Assembly: GCA_050951325.1 (NCBI GenBank)
Contig: JBMNIW010000012.1
Span: 416,001-480,000 of the forward strand
Reading direction: 5' to 3'
From: Clostridia bacterium
GTDB lineage: Bacteria; Bacillota; Clostridia; UBA1212; DUPL01
Length of the DNA stretch: 64,000 bases
Shown here: positions 60,570-64,000 of the stretch, piece after piece
Layout: every line of letters starts with the position of its first letter
Numbering within the stretch: the stretch's first letter is position 1
Notes under the pieces: generated by a model
What the model was told of the DNA's origin: nothing
Databases searched by the model: none
What the model saw: the letters and a program-made list of their open reading frames with translations, nothing else
Program-made: the position numbers and the translations under genes

Positions 60570-61799
60570 ATGAACAAAAGGGTCTTGGCTAATGTTATTG
60601 CAGTAGTGTTGATAATCGTTGTCTTGTTCACATTCTACATGTTCATGTTTGCAAATACAAAAAATAATGATGGAAAAAACAGGCTGTTTGTACACAGCTC
60701 TTACGATTCATATACCCTGCAGGCCATGCAGTGGAGAGAAGGAAGAATAAAACTTGATAAGGACTACCCTTGGCTTGAACTTGCCATTTACAAAGGGGAC
60801 TATTATGTAAGTTTTCCCCCAACTCCAACAGTGCCCATGTATTTTCTAACTTTCATATTTGGCAGATTGACACCCAGCAATGCGGTGGTGATGATATACA
60901 ACGTGCTTTCATTTATTTTTGCATACCTCCTTTGTAGGAGAATGGATGTGTCTGTATTTGCGTCAATAGTTGGTGCGGCTTTTTCATGTATTGCTTCTGC
61001 ATGTCTGTTTCTATCGATGTCAGGAGGGGTATGGTTCATGGCTCAAATCATGGCAATATTCCTTACATTTGCCGCCATGTACTTTATGATGCTGGATAAT
61101 AAGGTGTGCTGGCATCTAGGCATGTTTCTCTTAGCCCTTTCTGTAGGGTGCAGACCCTTTCAAATCGTATATTTCGTATTCTTCATATACCTTTTGTTTA
61201 AAAGATATGAGTTTAAAATATTGAGGACGTGGAAGTACTTCATATCACCAGGAATTGTTGCCATCACCTACATGGTTTACAACTACGTCCGCTTTGACAG
61301 TATTTTTGAATTTGGACATAACTATCTCCCCGAGTTTACAAGGGATTATCCGGGAAACTACGGCAAGTTTAATTTAAGGTATGTAAAATCAAATTTTAAT
61401 GTGTTTTTTAAGGACCATCCAAAGCTTACTGAAAACGGCCTTGAATACAGCGAGTTTGGTTTCACCTTTTATATTTCCAACGTAATCTTTATACTTTTGG
61501 CTGTCGCTGTAATATGGTTTGTAATTAAGTGTTTAAAAGACTTTGAACCAACAAATGCAGTGGAAGTTGTCATGCTGTTTGTATTGGTTTGCATACATCT
61601 GTTTTTGATGCTTATGCATAGGACCACGGGAGCATGGCAGTTTGGTGCGCGCTACATGGCTGATATTATTCCAGGAGCTCTTCTTTGCATCCTATACTGC
61701 AAGAATGTGTTACATAAAAGGCCGTCTCCGCCTGTTTTAGCCCTTCTTGCATTTGGAACTGCTTTGAATATATTTGGAGCACTGGAAATGTATCTGTAA
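60570..61799 (+). CDS. Polytopic membrane protein, GT-C glycosyltransferase-like
   Basis: Multi-TM; YYVSFPP.P, YNYVRF..IFEFG, WQFGARY. Confidence 0.55.
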   Translation: MNKRVLANVIAVVLIIVVLFTFYMFMFANTKNNDGKNRLFVHSSYDSYTLQAMQWREGRIKLDKDYPWLELAIYKGDYYVSFPPTPTVPMYFLTFIFGRLTPSNAVVMIYNVLSFIFAYLLCRRMDVSVFASIVGAAFSCIASACLFLSMSGGVWFMAQIMAIFLTFAAMYFMMLDNKVCWHLGMFLLALSVGCRPFQIVYFVFFIYLLFKRYEFKILRTWKYFISPGIVAITYMVYNYVRFDSIFEFGHNYLPEFTRDYPGNYGKFNLRYVKSNFNVFFKDHPKLTENGLEYSEFGFTFYISNVIFILLAVAVIWFVIKCLKDFEPTNAVEVVMLFVLVCIHLFLMLMHRTTGAWQFGARYMADIIPGALLCILYCKNVLHKRPSPPVLALLAFGTALNIFGALEMYL

Positions 61800-61815
61800 T
61801 TTCAGGAGGGTTTGT

Positions 61816-63927
61816 ATGGAATGCAGTGTTAATAAGGACGGCAAAAGAGTTGTTTTAACAATAGACGGGAAGACTGTAACACCTGTTGCATACATGACAT
61901 ACAACCCTCGCAAAGAGAACTTTACCAGATTTTCTGATATAGGGGTCAACTTGTTTAGCTTTGGAGTTTATCTTGGTGATCAGGGAATTAACAGTGAAAG
62001 CGGTATAAAGCCTTTTAGAAGCGGCTTTTATAAAGGATACAACGAATACGACTTTACGGAAGTGGACAAAGATCTCGAAATGATAACAAGCCACAACAAA
62101 GGTGCATATATCATTCCCCGTGTTTATCTTGACTGTCCTCAATGGTGGGAGAAAGAAAACAAGAGCGAGCTTTCTTTGGATGCCAAAGGAAGGCCTATGA
62201 GGCAGTCGTACGCATCTGACAAATGGCGTGAAGATGCATTGAGCGCAATATATGCACTAATTGACCATATATCTAGTTCCCAATGGGACGAAAATGTAAT
62301 CGGGTATCAGGTTGCAGCAGGATTGACAGAAGAGTGGCAGTATCATCATACATATCCGTACCAATACCTGGATTACTCAAACTGTAATTTAAAAAATTTC
62401 AGGGAATGGCTTAGAAACAAGTATGAATCAATTAGCGATCTTAACAGGGAATGGAACACAGTATACAAGGATTATGAAAATATCGTGTTTCCCAATCCCT
62501 TTGAGAGAAGCCATGCTTTAAACGGGGCGTTGAGAGACCCAAAAAAAGAAAGGCATGTTATAGACTTCTATACATACCACAGCCACATAATGGCAGATAC
62601 AATATTGTTTTTCTGTGAGAAAATCAAGAAACACACCAATTATGAAAGACTGACAGGTGCTTTTTATGGCTACATACTTGAGATAATGAGCAACGATTAC
62701 GGGCACTGTGGGATACATGAGGTTTTGAAATCGGAATACATTGATTTTCTAGCAAGCCCCAACAGCTACATGGACGCAAGAAGTCCGGGTATAGACTGGC
62801 CGTATATGTCAGTTGTGGATTCTGCCAAGCTGCACGGCAAACTCTGGTTTATTGAATCTGATACAAGAACTTCTCTTACAAGACCTCTTAAAGAGTCCAT
62901 GCCTCATGCTGCTCCAGACAATTCAAGATATTCATTTGAAGGTGTATGGAAAGGGCCAGGCAAGAACTTGTCACTGTCCCTTATGTTGAAAGGTTTTGGG
63001 AGGGTTTTGACAGGTGGAATTGGAACCTGGTGGTTTGACATGTGGGGCGGATGGTTTAATGATCCTGATTATCTTGGATTAATTGAAAAGACTACAAAAA
63101 TATTGGAGGAGCATATAAAGAAGGATGTAAGAGCTAAAGCTGAGATTGCTGTATTTGTCGACCCTGAGTGTTTCCACTATTTTTCAACAAATCATTATAT
63201 CCTCCACGAACTTGTATACAGTCAGAGAAAATCCTTGGGACAAATGGGCGTCCCCTATCACATATATTTAACTGAGGACCTGGAGTTGGAATCTTTCGAT
63301 ATTGAAGCATACAATCTGTACATATTTCTGAATAATGTATACATGAAAGACAGTTTAAAAGAATGCATTGACAGGAAGATAAAAAGAAACGGCAGAACTC
63401 TTCTTTGGATATATCTTCAGGATATGTTTACGCAATCTGCTTCTATTACTGGTTTCAACATTAAATATGCAAAAGACTCATTGCCCATTCAAGCAGTGTA
63501 CAAGTCTGAGGTGTTTCCTTCTTTGGCGGTTGTCTGTCCTGAGTTTTCTGTGGCAGATTTGGCCAATGCCAGAGTTCTTGCGACACAAAAAGATACGAAT
63601 ATTCCTGTATGTACGGTAAAATGTTTTGATGACTACAACAGCATTTACTGTACGGTGCCCAATATGCCTGTCAGTCTTTTAAGAGATATTGCCAACATGA
63701 GCAGGGTTCACATATATTGTCACACAAATGACGTAGTATATGCTGATGAGGAATATATAATTATTCATGCAAGTTATTCAGGCGAGAAGCGAATATACCT
63801 GCCTGTAAAGGCTATAGTATATGACGGTTTAACAGATAATAAGCTATACGGACCATGTACGTATTTTGATTTTCCGATGGAACAATATGATACAAAAATG
63901 TTTAGAATCATAGATTGTGAGGTGTAG
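61816..63927 (+). CDS. GH42-like beta-galactosidase family protein
   Basis: SYAS..WR, G.TEEW, FREWLRNKY.SI.DLN.EW, GKLWFIESD; SD AGGAGG. Confidence 0.7.
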   Translation: MECSVNKDGKRVVLTIDGKTVTPVAYMTYNPRKENFTRFSDIGVNLFSFGVYLGDQGINSESGIKPFRSGFYKGYNEYDFTEVDKDLEMITSHNKGAYIIPRVYLDCPQWWEKENKSELSLDAKGRPMRQSYASDKWREDALSAIYALIDHISSSQWDENVIGYQVAAGLTEEWQYHHTYPYQYLDYSNCNLKNFREWLRNKYESISDLNREWNTVYKDYENIVFPNPFERSHALNGALRDPKKERHVIDFYTYHSHIMADTILFFCEKIKKHTNYERLTGAFYGYILEIMSNDYGHCGIHEVLKSEYIDFLASPNSYMDARSPGIDWPYMSVVDSAKLHGKLWFIESDTRTSLTRPLKESMPHAAPDNSRYSFEGVWKGPGKNLSLSLMLKGFGRVLTGGIGTWWFDMWGGWFNDPDYLGLIEKTTKILEEHIKKDVRAKAEIAVFVDPECFHYFSTNHYILHELVYSQRKSLGQMGVPYHIYLTEDLELESFDIEAYNLYIFLNNVYMKDSLKECIDRKIKRNGRTLLWIYLQDMFTQSASITGFNIKYAKDSLPIQAVYKSEVFPSLAVVCPEFSVADLANARVLATQKDTNIPVCTVKCFDDYNSIYCTVPNMPVSLLRDIANMSRVHIYCHTNDVVYADEEYIIIHASYSGEKRIYLPVKAIVYDGLTDNKLYGPCTYFDFPMEQYDTKMFRIIDCEV

Positions 63928-63931
63928 TTTA

Positions 63932-64000
63932 ATGAAAAGAAACCGATACATAGGTGAGTATCCGGTAGTTGGAATCAGGCCTGTCATTGATGCCAGAAGA
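63932..64000 (+). CDS. fucI: L-fucose isomerase, 5' end only
   Basis: MKRNRYIGEYPVVGIRPVIDARR matches the FucI N-terminal IGIRP.ID.RR motif. Confidence 0.7.
   Translation, partial: MKRNRYIGEYPVVGIRPVIDARR

Overview
Low-GC Firmicute (Clostridia-like) chromosomal window. Left part (1-21.9 kb): a membrane-anchored ECF sigma/beta-propeller fusion running off the left edge, cls, a surface-polysaccharide cluster (GTs, LicC-like cytidylyltransferase, Asp/Glu racemase, TagF-like transferase, flippase), an XRE gene plus four clustered Spo0A paralogs, tRNA-Arg(ACG), two cell-wall hydrolase-like genes, an ECF/anti-sigma pair and yhbY. Centre: a YyaL/SSP411 thioredoxin-domain gene is split inside its CHWC motif by a ~26-kb AT-rich integrative element (21972-48043). 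Its attL/attR rebuild a near-palindromic attP and an intact yyaL attB. The element carries a RepB-type primase gene bracketed by inverted hairpins, a resolvase with res site, an Rpn-like gene, a type I RM operon with GmrSD-like, ADP-ribosylglycohydrolase and HEPN-like genes, an IS21 inserted in a Spo0E-like gene, and a large serine recombinase that lacks its catalytic N-terminus. A second, decayed ~4-kb element sits in tandem at the same site, so three yyaL 5' fragments are present. Right part: ECF/anti-sigma pair, sortase-type surface proteins, cyclase/codA/EamA, glycoside hydrolases and the start of fucI. All calls come from reading motifs by eye; no database searches were run.
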